NCBI GenBank assembly: GCA_049699855.1
Contig: JBNAWM010000027.1
Location: forward strand, 1-15,452
DNA from: Candidatus Cryosericum sp.
GTDB lineage: Bacteria; Caldisericota; Caldisericia; Cryosericales; Cryosericaceae
Reading direction: 5' to 3'
DNA: 15,452 nt
The stretch's first letter is position 1; each line of letters opens with the position of its first letter. The notes beneath the pieces are model-generated. The model saw only the letters and a program-made list of their open reading frames with translations. It had not been told where the DNA came from and did no database searches. The position numbers and the translations under genes are program-made. Shown in pieces: positions 7,885-15,452 of the stretch.

Positions 7885-8292
7885 ATGGCATACACCATCA
7901 CCGACAAATGCATTGGATGCAGCCTGTGCGCACGCATCTGCCCGGTCGCCGCCATCACAGGACAACTCCATTCGACGTACGTCATCGATGAGAGTGTCTG
8001 CATCGATTGCGGCGCGTGCGGAAGGGTCTGTCCGGCTGCCGCCATCTTGGACACAACAGGAGCGACATGCACCCATGCGAAGCGTGAGAGCTGGCCGAAG
8101 CCTGCTATCGACGCTGTCTTGTGCGTATCGTGCAATGCCTGCATCCAGGCCTGCCCGGTGAGCTGTCTGGACCTTGGCGCGACGAACCTTCAGGATCCCC
8201 ACGCCAAACCCGTCCTGGCACTGCCGGACCGGTGCATCGGGTGTGGATTCTGCGCTGACTCCTGCCCGGTGGGCGCCATCACCATGAGGTAG
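7885..8292 (+). CDS. Polyferredoxin with four [4Fe-4S] motifs
   Basis: SD AAGGAG before the ATG. Four CxxCxxCxxxCP motifs (CIGCSLCARICP, CIDCGACGRVCP, CVSCNACIQACP, CIGCGFCADSCP). Confidence 0.93.
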   Translation: MAYTITDKCIGCSLCARICPVAAITGQLHSTYVIDESVCIDCGACGRVCPAAAILDTTGATCTHAKRESWPKPAIDAVLCVSCNACIQACPVSCLDLGATNLQDPHAKPVLALPDRCIGCGFCADSCPVGAITMR

Positions 8293-8298
8293 CCGGCC

Positions 8299-9960
8299 AT
8301 GAGCTCTGGGCACAGCACGGTTGTCATAACCCACGCGCCTCCCCTGGATTACCGTCGGGACTTTGTCGCCCTGCCGCGCACGTACGGGACCACCGCATGG
8401 GAAATGCGTTCTGATGTCCGGGCAATCCGAACGACGGTCTTTGAAAACCTGAGCGCGCTCGACGACCGCGCGCACTTCTCGGACAGGGCAAAAAACCGTC
8501 ACGTCCTGCTCAAGCCAAACCTTGTCACCGTGTACCACGACATGGGCCTCGTCGACCGCGACTACCCCGAAACAACCGACCCCCGCGTCCTGGACTCGGT
8601 TGTGCAGTGGTTCCTGCAATTCACGAGTGATATCACTATTGTCGAGTCGTCCGGGCGCGGGGCTCCAACGCGTGGCTCGTTCCATGTCGCGGGCATTGAC
8701 CGCCTGGCACGCCACCGGGGCGTGGGACTCGTGGCACTGGAAGAGCAGCCCATCGATCGATATATCCTGCCACACGCCAAGGTCCAGAAAGAGATCTGCA
8801 TCCCCCGCATCATGAGCGGAACAGTCACGGGCGAGTCCTTCTACGTGTCGCTGCCGAAGATGAAAACCAATCTCTATACCGGTGTGACTCTGGGCTTCAA
8901 GAACGCCATGGGGACTATCCCCTACAACCTGAGACAGCGCAATCACAACTGGGCCATTGACCAGAAACTGGTGGACATGCTGTATCTCTTCCGGCCGGAC
9001 CTTGTCCTGGTCGATGGCATCGTTGGCGCCGAAGGCAACTGCCCCGCCCCCGTTCAGCCGGTGGACAGCAGGGTGATCATCAGCGGAGACAACACCGTGG
9101 AAGTCGACCGGGTCACCACCGGCATGATGGGGTTCGACCCCATGAGCATCAACCTGATCCGGATTGCTCAGGAGCTGGGGTTCGGCGACCCGTCCGTAGA
9201 GGTCATCGGCGACACGTCACCGATGCATTTCACCCCCGCTGACGCCTCCCTGATGTCCGACTCGTTTCATGAGCTGTTTCCCAACGTGCGTGCGCTTGTC
9301 GGGCACGAGATGCGCAATGCACCTCACGTTGCTCACATGACTGACGTCACACCCGCACTGGTCCTCCAGATGGAACAGGTCTGCCGCGGAGGGTGCCTGG
9401 CCACCACACGATTTGCTTTTGACATGTTGCGCTTTGAGGGACTGAGCCGCGATTTCACGCTGACGGTCGTCATTGGCGCTGGCACCATCATCGATGGGAA
9501 ACGCGTGTGGCTTGACCGTGCCGGGACCGGGTATACGGCCGACCAGATCCAGCGCCTGCCTGGCAGGCACATGATTGTCGGCAACTGTGCACATCTTGTC
9601 CCCGCACTGCGCGGCGAACGTGTTGAAGGATGCATGCCGTTTCCCAACGCTCCCCACATGGTTCTGCACCGCCTGACCGGGACCTGGTGCAGGGTGATGT
9701 CGCCGCGCAACCACAACCTGCTTCCCCTCCTGATGGCGACCCTGCAGGAATGCGAAAACCGTAAACGTCTGCTCAGGCAGGGAGTCCGTCTGGACGTCCC
9801 TCTGCAGATGGATGATCATATTGCGGAACCTCGTCCCCTGACAGAGTCCGAGCAGGCCATGGACATCATCCCCTGGCCATTTCCCCCGCTCACACCTGCG
9901 GAGATCCGCCAGCTCGTCGCGCAGGAAAATCGCAACGTACTTGCAACCTTTAGAGGTTGA
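8299..9960 (+). CDS. DUF362 domain protein with Cys-containing C-terminal domain (putative Fe-S)
   Basis: Motifs VLLKPNLV, TTDPRVL, IVESS, SLPKMKT...VTLGFKNAMG and RPDLVLVDGIVGAEGNCP, plus C-terminal CRGGC...GNC...GCMP. GAGGT upstream. Confidence 0.82.
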   Translation: MSSGHSTVVITHAPPLDYRRDFVALPRTYGTTAWEMRSDVRAIRTTVFENLSALDDRAHFSDRAKNRHVLLKPNLVTVYHDMGLVDRDYPETTDPRVLDSVVQWFLQFTSDITIVESSGRGAPTRGSFHVAGIDRLARHRGVGLVALEEQPIDRYILPHAKVQKEICIPRIMSGTVTGESFYVSLPKMKTNLYTGVTLGFKNAMGTIPYNLRQRNHNWAIDQKLVDMLYLFRPDLVLVDGIVGAEGNCPAPVQPVDSRVIISGDNTVEVDRVTTGMMGFDPMSINLIRIAQELGFGDPSVEVIGDTSPMHFTPADASLMSDSFHELFPNVRALVGHEMRNAPHVAHMTDVTPALVLQMEQVCRGGCLATTRFAFDMLRFEGLSRDFTLTVVIGAGTIIDGKRVWLDRAGTGYTADQIQRLPGRHMIVGNCAHLVPALRGERVEGCMPFPNAPHMVLHRLTGTWCRVMSPRNHNLLPLLMATLQECENRKRLLRQGVRLDVPLQMDDHIAEPRPLTESEQAMDIIPWPFPPLTPAEIRQLVAQENRNVLATFRG

Positions 9961-9963
9961 TAC

Positions 9964-10275
9964 ATGGCGAAGCGGAGATGGTTCTGGACCCTCTGCCGCG
10001 TCCTGACGCTCCTGCTGTTTGCAGGAATTGTCCTCGCCGGCTACGCGATGAAACATCTGATCGTGGGCTGGTGCGCCCTGGCGGCACTGCTGGCGCTTCA
10101 TGCGGCCGAACTCCATACCAGCCTGAGCCTTCAGGCAACAGCTGGTCTGAGGCGGCCCTACATCATCGCGATGACACTGCTGTTCGGCTTTACGTGGTGG
10201 TTTCCCGCACTGTCTACCGGATCTTCCTGGGACGGAACGCGCGGCTGGCCCAGGTCAAGGCCTCGCGGTCAGTAA
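9964..10275 (+). CDS. Small membrane protein (about 3 TM; H..E and TLLFG pattern, DUF1145-like by eye)
   Basis: AGAGGT upstream, starts 3 nt after the DUF362 stop. Basic N-terminus followed by hydrophobic helices, LHAAE and MTLLFGFTWW. Overlaps the convergent gene by 62 nt. Confidence 0.65.
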   Translation: MAKRRWFWTLCRVLTLLLFAGIVLAGYAMKHLIVGWCALAALLALHAAELHTSLSLQATAGLRRPYIIAMTLLFGFTWWFPALSTGSSWDGTRGWPRSRPRGQ

Positions 10276-10864
10276 CCTCGTGGAAGTCTTCATAGAACTG
10301 GCCGACGGCCATCAGCCACTCGGCCGCATGCACTGCCACGACACGGTACCCCTGCCTCGCCAGCTGGCGCATGACTTCCTTGTCCACGACAGGCGTTGCG
10401 ATGGTCGGAACACCGCCCATGCCACTGACAACATCCGCTGCGGCAGTCATGGTCGCGCCCGTCGCGATTCCATCGTCGACGACCAGGACGCGGGCACCCC
10501 GTTCCCAGGTCTGTGGAATATAGCGCTCAAACAGCTCTGCGTACAGCACCAGCCGCTCTTTCTCAAAGCCGATCTCGGCCTCAAGGCGTTCGCGGGGTTC
10601 ATGCGCTGACTCCGGTGACAGGATGGTGGCAAAACTGCCATTCCCGGCATATCCCAAAGCGCCCACTGCCAGCTCGCGATTCGCATCAGAACGAATCTTG
10701 CGGATGAGCAGAACACCAAATGGAAGGCCCAGTTCCTGGGCGACGACAGACCCGACGACCACGCCACCGCGCGGAATGCCATAGCAGAGGTCAAAGACCA
10801 GCCCCTGCTCACGGATCTCGCGCGCCAACTTCGTTCCCGCTTCTTCCCGCGAAAGGAAAACCAT
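10214..10864 (-). CDS. Phosphoribosyltransferase family protein
   Basis: SD GGGAGGA upstream. F.SREEAG..LA, PRGGVVVG, PRPP-binding VVDDGIATGATM and AVGQFYEDF.EVTD typify the uncharacterised type I PRT family. Confidence 0.9.
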   Translation of the reverse strand: MVFLSREEAGTKLAREIREQGLVFDLCYGIPRGGVVVGSVVAQELGLPFGVLLIRKIRSDANRELAVGALGYAGNGSFATILSPESAHEPRERLEAEIGFEKERLVLYAELFERYIPQTWERGARVLVVDDGIATGATMTAAADVVSGMGGVPTIATPVVDKEVMRQLARQGYRVVAVHAAEWLMAVGQFYEDFHEVTDREALTWASRAFRPRKIR

Positions 10865-10891
10865 AGCATTCCTCCCACTGCGAACATCCTG

Positions 10892-10949
10892 GTTGGTGAA
10901 CCACCAACACGTGCTTACACTATGATGACACAGTGGAGGATTTGGTCAA
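10892..10949 (-). promoter_or_regulatory. Putative sigma70 promoter plus palindromic site upstream of PRT gene
   Basis: Minus strand TTGACC (10949-10944)-N16-CATCAT (10927-10922), with TG-n directly before the -10. Perfect inverted repeat GTTGGTG-AAC-CACCAAC at 10892-10908. Confidence 0.45.
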
Positions 10950-10964
10950 CACCCCTGCAGGACG

Positions 10965-11513
10965 TCAGATGCGCAGATACCAGGCAATGGCGGTCTCGTC
11001 CTCACTGCCCGGTGTTGCCTGGAGGTAGAGGCGGTCAAAACCGCCGATGACGAACCCGTAGTCGCGGAAGAACATGCAGGCGGTTACGTGCACATCCTGT
11101 GTCTCGGCGCGCAGCCAGTGCAGGCCGCGACCCAGAGCCCAGTCCCGGACGGTGTCCATGAGCGTTGTTGCAATGCCATGGTGCAGGTGTCCGTGTTCCA
11201 CGCGCAGGCCCCATACCCGTGCCATGTTGTTGTGGTCTTCCTGCACGCATACCTGCCCCACAAGCTGTTCGTCCACGAACGCCAGATAGATGGCCGCATC
11301 TTCCCGGTCCAGATAGACAAGATCCGGACGGCCGCCTTCTGATTTGGCATAGGGATGTTCGACCGAATCGACATCGAAGTCGTACTGGTCACCGCACATC
11401 GAGACCTTTACGCGGGCTTTCACCACGAAACTGCTTCGCAGTCCGTCGACGAACGGAGCAAGTTCCCTCGTTGCACGCACGATGCGTATGTCAATGCCAG
11501 TCGTCTGACTCAT
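10965..11513 (-). CDS. GNAT N-acetyltransferase, streptothricin acetyltransferase (Sat)-like
   Basis: AcCoA-binding region HLHHGIATTLM and C-terminal ETQDVHVTACMFF..YGFVIGGFD..Y.....DETAIAWYL resemble Sat/SatA. Start chosen at ATG 11513 (alternative 11519). Confidence 0.8.
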   Translation of the reverse strand: MSQTTGIDIRIVRATRELAPFVDGLRSSFVVKARVKVSMCGDQYDFDVDSVEHPYAKSEGGRPDLVYLDREDAAIYLAFVDEQLVGQVCVQEDHNNMARVWGLRVEHGHLHHGIATTLMDTVRDWALGRGLHWLRAETQDVHVTACMFFRDYGFVIGGFDRLYLQATPGSEDETAIAWYLRI

Positions 11514-11519
11514 GTGCAT

Positions 11520-11525
11520 ATGATA
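11520..11525 (-). promoter_or_regulatory. -10 element (TATCAT) 6 nt before the GNAT start: probable leaderless transcript
   Basis: Minus strand reads TTGTG-TATCAT-ATGCAC-ATG, with no SD in front of the gene. Confidence 0.45.
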
Positions 11526-11610
11526 CACAAACGCCAGCGCGAAAGGGGAAGCCGGCATTCACAACTGGATGTTCAGGCCGGTTCGCAGGACTCGTCAACG
11601 GAAAATGCAC

Positions 11611-11616
11611 TATACT
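11611..11616 (+). promoter_or_regulatory. Candidate -10 (TATACT) for the YbhB/YbcL gene
   Basis: TATACT about 40 nt upstream of GTG 11658 in the divergent intergenic region. No good -35. Confidence 0.35.
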
Positions 11617-11657
11617 TGGAGAGAAGTCTATCCGTTCTGCCTGAGGGGAGCAAACAC

Positions 11658-12227
11658 GTGCGACATGAGCTGAATCGCTGGACTGCAGTTTGTATCCTGG
11701 CCCTGGCGACCATGGGTTTGTGGAGTTGTCGCTCATCTGGCAGAGCACCCGGGGAGGTTCCTGTGCACATGACATTGGTAAGCACCGCATTTTCGGAAGC
11801 CGGTCCGATTCCAGTGAAGTTCACCGGGCAGGGCGCCGACGTATCACCAGACCTTGCATGGAGCGGAGCTCCCGAGGCAACCCAGAGCTACGCCCTCATC
11901 TGTGAGGATCCCGACGCCCCAGGTGGCACGTGGATCCACTGGACGATCTGGAACATTCCGGCCTCTGTCGTCAGACTGCCCGTGGACGTCGCCCGACAGC
12001 CCGTTCTTAACGACGGCTCCGTCCAAGGGGTCACAAGCTTTGGTGGACATGGCTACCAAGGACCCATGCCCCCAACGGGTCCGCTTCACCACTACTACTT
12101 CCGCCTCTTCGCTCTTGACACCATGCTGGCACTTGATGCTTCTGCCACACGACAGCAGCTGGATGCTGCCATGGCGGAACATGTCCTGGCTCAAGGGACC
12201 CTGATGGGGACATACCAGCGTCAGTAG
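11658..12227 (+). CDS. YbhB/YbcL family (PEBP/Raf kinase inhibitor-like) protein, probable lipoprotein
   Basis: SD GAGGGGAG 11643-11650 before GTG 11658 (internal to track ORF 11355). Signal MRHELNRWTAVCILALATMGLWS-C. PEBP motifs SPDLAW, DPDAP.GTWIHW, GYQGPMPP.G..HHYYFRLFALD. Confidence 0.88.
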   Translation: MRHELNRWTAVCILALATMGLWSCRSSGRAPGEVPVHMTLVSTAFSEAGPIPVKFTGQGADVSPDLAWSGAPEATQSYALICEDPDAPGGTWIHWTIWNIPASVVRLPVDVARQPVLNDGSVQGVTSFGGHGYQGPMPPTGPLHHYYFRLFALDTMLALDASATRQQLDAAMAEHVLAQGTLMGTYQRQ

Positions 12228-12263
12228 TCAGCGCCCGTGGAGCCGGGGCGCACCCCTGACTGC
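12224..12263. terminator. GC-rich hairpin between convergent ybhB-like and GH25 genes
   Basis: GCGCCC (12231-12236)/GGGCGC (12246-12251) enclosed by AGTCAG/CTGACT. No U-tract. Confidence 0.3.
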
Positions 12264-12276
12264 GCCCGACCACCCC

Positions 12277-14532
12277 TTATTGATGACTTGATGCCGATGC
12301 AGACGTGGCGACGGCGCTGATCGTGATCGTGACCGTCTTGGTCGGATCATCCCATGCGACGTCGGCTCCGAGGTGCTCACTGACAAACCGGACTGGCAGC
12401 ATCGTCCTGCCATTCATGATCGTGGCAGGAACGTCCATCACGACCGGCTCACCATTCACCACGGCCGTCCGATTGCCAATCTGCAGCAGCAACGTCGTTC
12501 CATTGAAATCCACCTCGACACTGCGCGTATCGGCAACCCAGGTGATACCGCCCCCCAGGCCCTCAATGATTGGCCGCAGCGGAACGAGAGTCCTGCCGCT
12601 TACGATGACCGGGGGTGTATCCAGGGTCAGCAGCTGACCGTCAAGATGCGCCGTCTTACTGCCAACGGACAGCGTAATGATGTGCTGGTTGGGATCCACC
12701 GTTTTCTGAAACGTTGCCAGCACCGATTTGTTCTCGTTCATCGTGAGCGACATTGGATTCGCCGTCCCTATGGCGCTTCCGCTCCAGCCTGTGAACTCCC
12801 ACCCTGCAGCCGGACGGGCGGTGAACGTCACCGTGCTGCCTGCGGGGTACGAGTCCTGCCGAGGCTCCACGCTCAGGAAGCCATTGCCCATGACAGCCGA
12901 CAAAAGAGTGTACGACGATTGCGTGGTTCCACCGATGACATATTGAGACAGGCTCTGTTCGTTGCCATTGAACCAGTTCAGATCAACGCTGTGCCCTTCC
13001 ACCCCCGGGACGCTGCCATTGTCTGCATACTGCCAGAATGCCCAGGAGTCCCACCCCCCGATGTTGGGCTGAGCGGATGCCGTATAGGCTGCAATCCACA
13101 AACGGTAGCGCCCGCTGATTGTCGGGTCGGCCTTGATCAGATCAGCCGCCACCGAAGAACTGCAGTAGATCACCGGGTTAGCGCCAGTTGCGCCCCGGAC
13201 GATCGTGGACCACTGGTCAATCCACTGCACCATGGCAATGCCGTGAATGTTGTACTTGGGCTCGATGTCCAGGGCTGGCACCAGGAATCCAGGGGTGATG
13301 TACTGGCCAGCCACCTGAAGGAAATAGGCTGCTTCGGCCGCCGCTGTGTTGTCTGCAGGCCAGCAGATATGATAGACCCCTGTCAGAAGACCCGCTGATC
13401 GAGCGCCCGGAACCAGAACATTGAGAAACGGGTCCGTGATCGTCACGCCCTCCGTCGCTTTGACGAACGCGAAGCGATAGCCGGTCGAGAACACGGCTGC
13501 CCAGTTGATGGGGCCGTCCGCATGGTCTCCCCCGCACTGCCACCGCGAAACGTCAATTCCCTGGATCATGCCGACACGCATCTGCACCGGGATATTAATA
13601 CTGCCTGTGGAAGAGGAAATGCGCACAAGACTCTCATAGGTTCCGGCTGCCATGCCCGTGCGCTGTATGGCTATCGAAACAGGCTGGCTTGCGCCGACGG
13701 GGATGCTTCCCGATGCGGGCGAAGGGCTGGCAATCCATGGTGCTCCAACTGCCGTGCTGAACGTCAGTGGCGATGTTCCCGTGTTCTGCAGCGTGAGGGT
13801 CAGCAATGACTGCTCGCCTCCAAAGTCGAGCTGGGGGGGAAGGAAGAAAAGTCCGGCAGGCATGGGTGCGGCCTGCGGAACGACCTGAACGTCGGCGCAG
13901 CGATCACCTGCCCCGTTTGCATTGACTGCACTGACGGCATACCAGTAAGCCCTGCCGCCCAGCAGCATCGGGCCGTCCGTCCACGTTCGGGTGTCAAAGC
14001 CGGGGTCTCCAGCGTTGATTGTTGCAATCAGCACCTTTGGGTCGGCGTGACGGTCACGGTAGATCCGCCAAGCGGAAATGGGGGCTGTCCCCGTCTGGTC
14101 AGGCGGCGCCCATCTCAGGGAGACCGACTCCACCCCGGCCGTTGCCGTCAGCGACGTGGGAACGCCGGGAATCGGACTGGGAGGGACTGCCTTGAGGTAC
14201 GTGTCCACCGACCAGCCCATGAGACCATCTTTCCACTGCACGCGCCACCAGGTGAACCCGCTGCCGCTGGCAGGTCCCTCGAGAATAATGCCCGAAGCCC
14301 CATCCTTCTCGACTCCCGAGACCGCCCCTGACGTGCCGGGTGAGGCCCGCACATTGAGCCCGTCGCCGCCGGTGCCGGTGACTTCCACGGCGGAGCCAAC
14401 CGCCAGCGCATCGGCACGCGCAGGTGCGGCGTCCAGCAGTGCGGACAGCATGAGGAAAATGCACAGGACGAGGGCCACCCTTCTGAGAACGGCTCCGCGC
14501 CTGCCTGCGTCCTTCCACCCCGGATATAACAT
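12277..14532 (-). CDS. Secreted multidomain GH25 lysozyme/muramidase: signal peptide-SH3-FN3-BACON-like-GH25-InlB-B-repeat-like-copper amine oxidase N-terminal (stalk) domain
   Basis: AGGAGGT at 14551-14545 upstream of ATG 14532; signal ...ALVLCIFLMLSALLDAAPARA. SH3 (GLNVRASPG...WWRV...GW), FN3 (PTSLTA...LRW...YWYAVSAVN), GH25 (GIDVSRWQ, FAFVKATEG, LDIE, LWIAAY, FWQY, DLNWF), PAAGWEFTGWSG repeat, and GRTLVPLR/GRTMLPVRFVSE stalk domain. Confidence 0.88.
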   Translation of the reverse strand: MLYPGWKDAGRRGAVLRRVALVLCIFLMLSALLDAAPARADALAVGSAVEVTGTGGDGLNVRASPGTSGAVSGVEKDGASGIILEGPASGSGFTWWRVQWKDGLMGWSVDTYLKAVPPSPIPGVPTSLTATAGVESVSLRWAPPDQTGTAPISAWRIYRDRHADPKVLIATINAGDPGFDTRTWTDGPMLLGGRAYWYAVSAVNANGAGDRCADVQVVPQAAPMPAGLFFLPPQLDFGGEQSLLTLTLQNTGTSPLTFSTAVGAPWIASPSPASGSIPVGASQPVSIAIQRTGMAAGTYESLVRISSSTGSINIPVQMRVGMIQGIDVSRWQCGGDHADGPINWAAVFSTGYRFAFVKATEGVTITDPFLNVLVPGARSAGLLTGVYHICWPADNTAAAEAAYFLQVAGQYITPGFLVPALDIEPKYNIHGIAMVQWIDQWSTIVRGATGANPVIYCSSSVAADLIKADPTISGRYRLWIAAYTASAQPNIGGWDSWAFWQYADNGSVPGVEGHSVDLNWFNGNEQSLSQYVIGGTTQSSYTLLSAVMGNGFLSVEPRQDSYPAGSTVTFTARPAAGWEFTGWSGSAIGTANPMSLTMNENKSVLATFQKTVDPNQHIITLSVGSKTAHLDGQLLTLDTPPVIVSGRTLVPLRPIIEGLGGGITWVADTRSVEVDFNGTTLLLQIGNRTAVVNGEPVVMDVPATIMNGRTMLPVRFVSEHLGADVAWDDPTKTVTITISAVATSASASSHQ

Positions 14533-14604
14533 CTCTGTTCCACTACCTCCTGCGCACAACGTGCCCGGCAACCCACACCAGGGCCAGCTCCACCGATCAT
14601 GTAC

Positions 14605-14613
14605 ATTGTAGCA
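14605..14613 (-). promoter_or_regulatory. Extended -10 promoter for GH25 gene
   Basis: Minus strand TG-C-TACAAT about 70 nt upstream of the start codon. Confidence 0.5.
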
Positions 14614-14708
14614 GCATTCTGGCAAGCATTGCTCCTCCCCGTCCCCTGCACCCATGAATACTTGCTCTGCGCTCTGTTCTCCTCCTTCCCACAAGAACCG
14701 AAGGCGCC

Positions 14709-14737
14709 TTGCACCACAGGGTCAATAGCCGTACAAT
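14709..14737 (+). promoter_or_regulatory. Sigma70-type promoter for HAD hydrolase gene
   Basis: TTGCAC (14709-14714)-N17-TACAAT (14732-14737). Confidence 0.65.
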
Positions 14738-14791
14738 ACCTTCGTCGCCGCACCTGCGAGACCGTGTGCGCGACGGAAACGGGAGGCTATG

Positions 14792-15452
14792 ATGGACCTG
14801 ATCATGTTTGACATGGATGGAACGCTGTTTCGGACCGAGACATCCTTTTTTCCCTCTGTGAGGGAGTTTGCCAGTCGACACGGCATTCCCACGCCCGACG
14901 AGGAGTTTCTTCGCGGATTCATCGGCCAGAACGGCACCGAATGGCGAGCCTGGTTGAGCCAGCTGAACCTCGACATGTCTGTCCCTGAGCTGGCCGCAGA
15001 ATTCGACCTGATTGAGCAGGAGTTCGTCCGAAACCAGGGCGAACTCTATCCCGGCGCTGTGGAAGTGCTGACAGCTCTTGCATCGGATGGATGGAAGCTG
15101 GGCATCTGTAGCAACGCCCCGGCATGGTACCCAGAGGCTATTCTCACCCGCGCAGGCGTGCGCAGTCTGTTCACGGTGATCCGCGTTCCGACCCGTCCCG
15201 ACCAGACGAAGACCATGATGCTGTGCGATGTCTGGAATGAACTTCATCCAGAACACTGCGCGATGGTCGGCGACCGGGCTGACGACATGCAGGCGGCGTA
15301 CGCAGGCGGATATTTCGCCGTCGGCGCTGTCTACGGCTGGGCTCCGGAGGAGCTGGAACGCGCGGATGTGCGCATTCACGACATCGCAGATGTCCCTGCC
15401 GTCCTTGCGGCCCACTGGTCGCAGGAACGAGACACCGCACGCCAACCCGCTG
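14792..15452 (+). CDS. HAD-family hydrolase (phosphoglycolate-phosphatase-like), 3' end outside window
   Basis: Not in the ORF track because there is no stop in the window. GGGAGG 14781-14786, ATG 14792 (or 14789). Translates as MDLIMFDMDGTLF...LYPGAVEVL..L...GICSN...K...MVGDRADDMQAA...GAVYGW, giving HAD motifs I-IV. Confidence 0.92.
   Translation, partial: MDLIMFDMDGTLFRTETSFFPSVREFASRHGIPTPDEEFLRGFIGQNGTEWRAWLSQLNLDMSVPELAAEFDLIEQEFVRNQGELYPGAVEVLTALASDGWKLGICSNAPAWYPEAILTRAGVRSLFTVIRVPTRPDQTKTMMLCDVWNELHPEHCAMVGDRADDMQAAYAGGYFAVGAVYGWAPEELERADVRIHDIADVPAVLAAHWSQERDTARQPA

Noticed and set aside
7861..10116. Minus-strand ORFs 7861..8946 and 9217..10116, and alternative + frame 9957..10295
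   Set aside because: Shadows of well-supported genes. The 9964 frame has the SD and membrane-protein character.
11355..11657. N-terminal extension of the YbhB ORF
   Set aside because: It overlaps the divergent GNAT gene and promoter region. The SD and signal peptide support GTG 11658.
14533..14694. N-terminal extension of the GH25 ORF, and a 10-aa minus-strand mini-ORF (MLARMLLQCT, 14597-14629) with SD-like sequence
   Set aside because: Both overlap the predicted extended -10 promoter and appear to be chance products of a purine-rich strand. The signal peptide begins after 14532.
14597..15445. 282-aa minus-strand ORF
   Set aside because: Antisense to the HAD hydrolase, which has full motifs, an SD and a consensus promoter.

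Overview
Bacterial, GC-rich, apparently anaerobic genome segment. The C-terminal copper-amine-oxidase-N 'stalk' domain protein and overall style are reminiscent of Caldiserica/Cryosericum-like or Firmicutes-like anaerobes (inference only). From left to right: (1) a structured ~430-nt leader with a possible MgtL-like acidic leader peptide (GTG-DPD...), a terminator hairpin and a 63-aa His/Cys-rich small ORF, followed by an MgtA Mg2+ P-type ATPase and its terminator. (2) A tightly coupled six-gene + strand operon: DUF819 membrane protein, sphingosine-1-phosphate-lyase-like PLP enzyme, W/Mo aldehyde:ferredoxin oxidoreductase, 4x[4Fe-4S] polyferredoxin, DUF362 Fe-S protein and a small membrane protein. 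This is the most interesting feature: a candidate anaerobic pathway that imports an amino-alcohol/sphingoid-type substrate, cleaves it to an aldehyde and oxidises the aldehyde with ferredoxin. (3) Miscellaneous genes: phosphoribosyltransferase, a probably leaderless streptothricin-acetyltransferase-like GNAT, a YbhB/YbcL (PEBP) lipoprotein, a multidomain secreted GH25 muramidase, and a HAD hydrolase truncated by the window end. No rRNA, tRNA, CRISPR or mobile element is recognisable.
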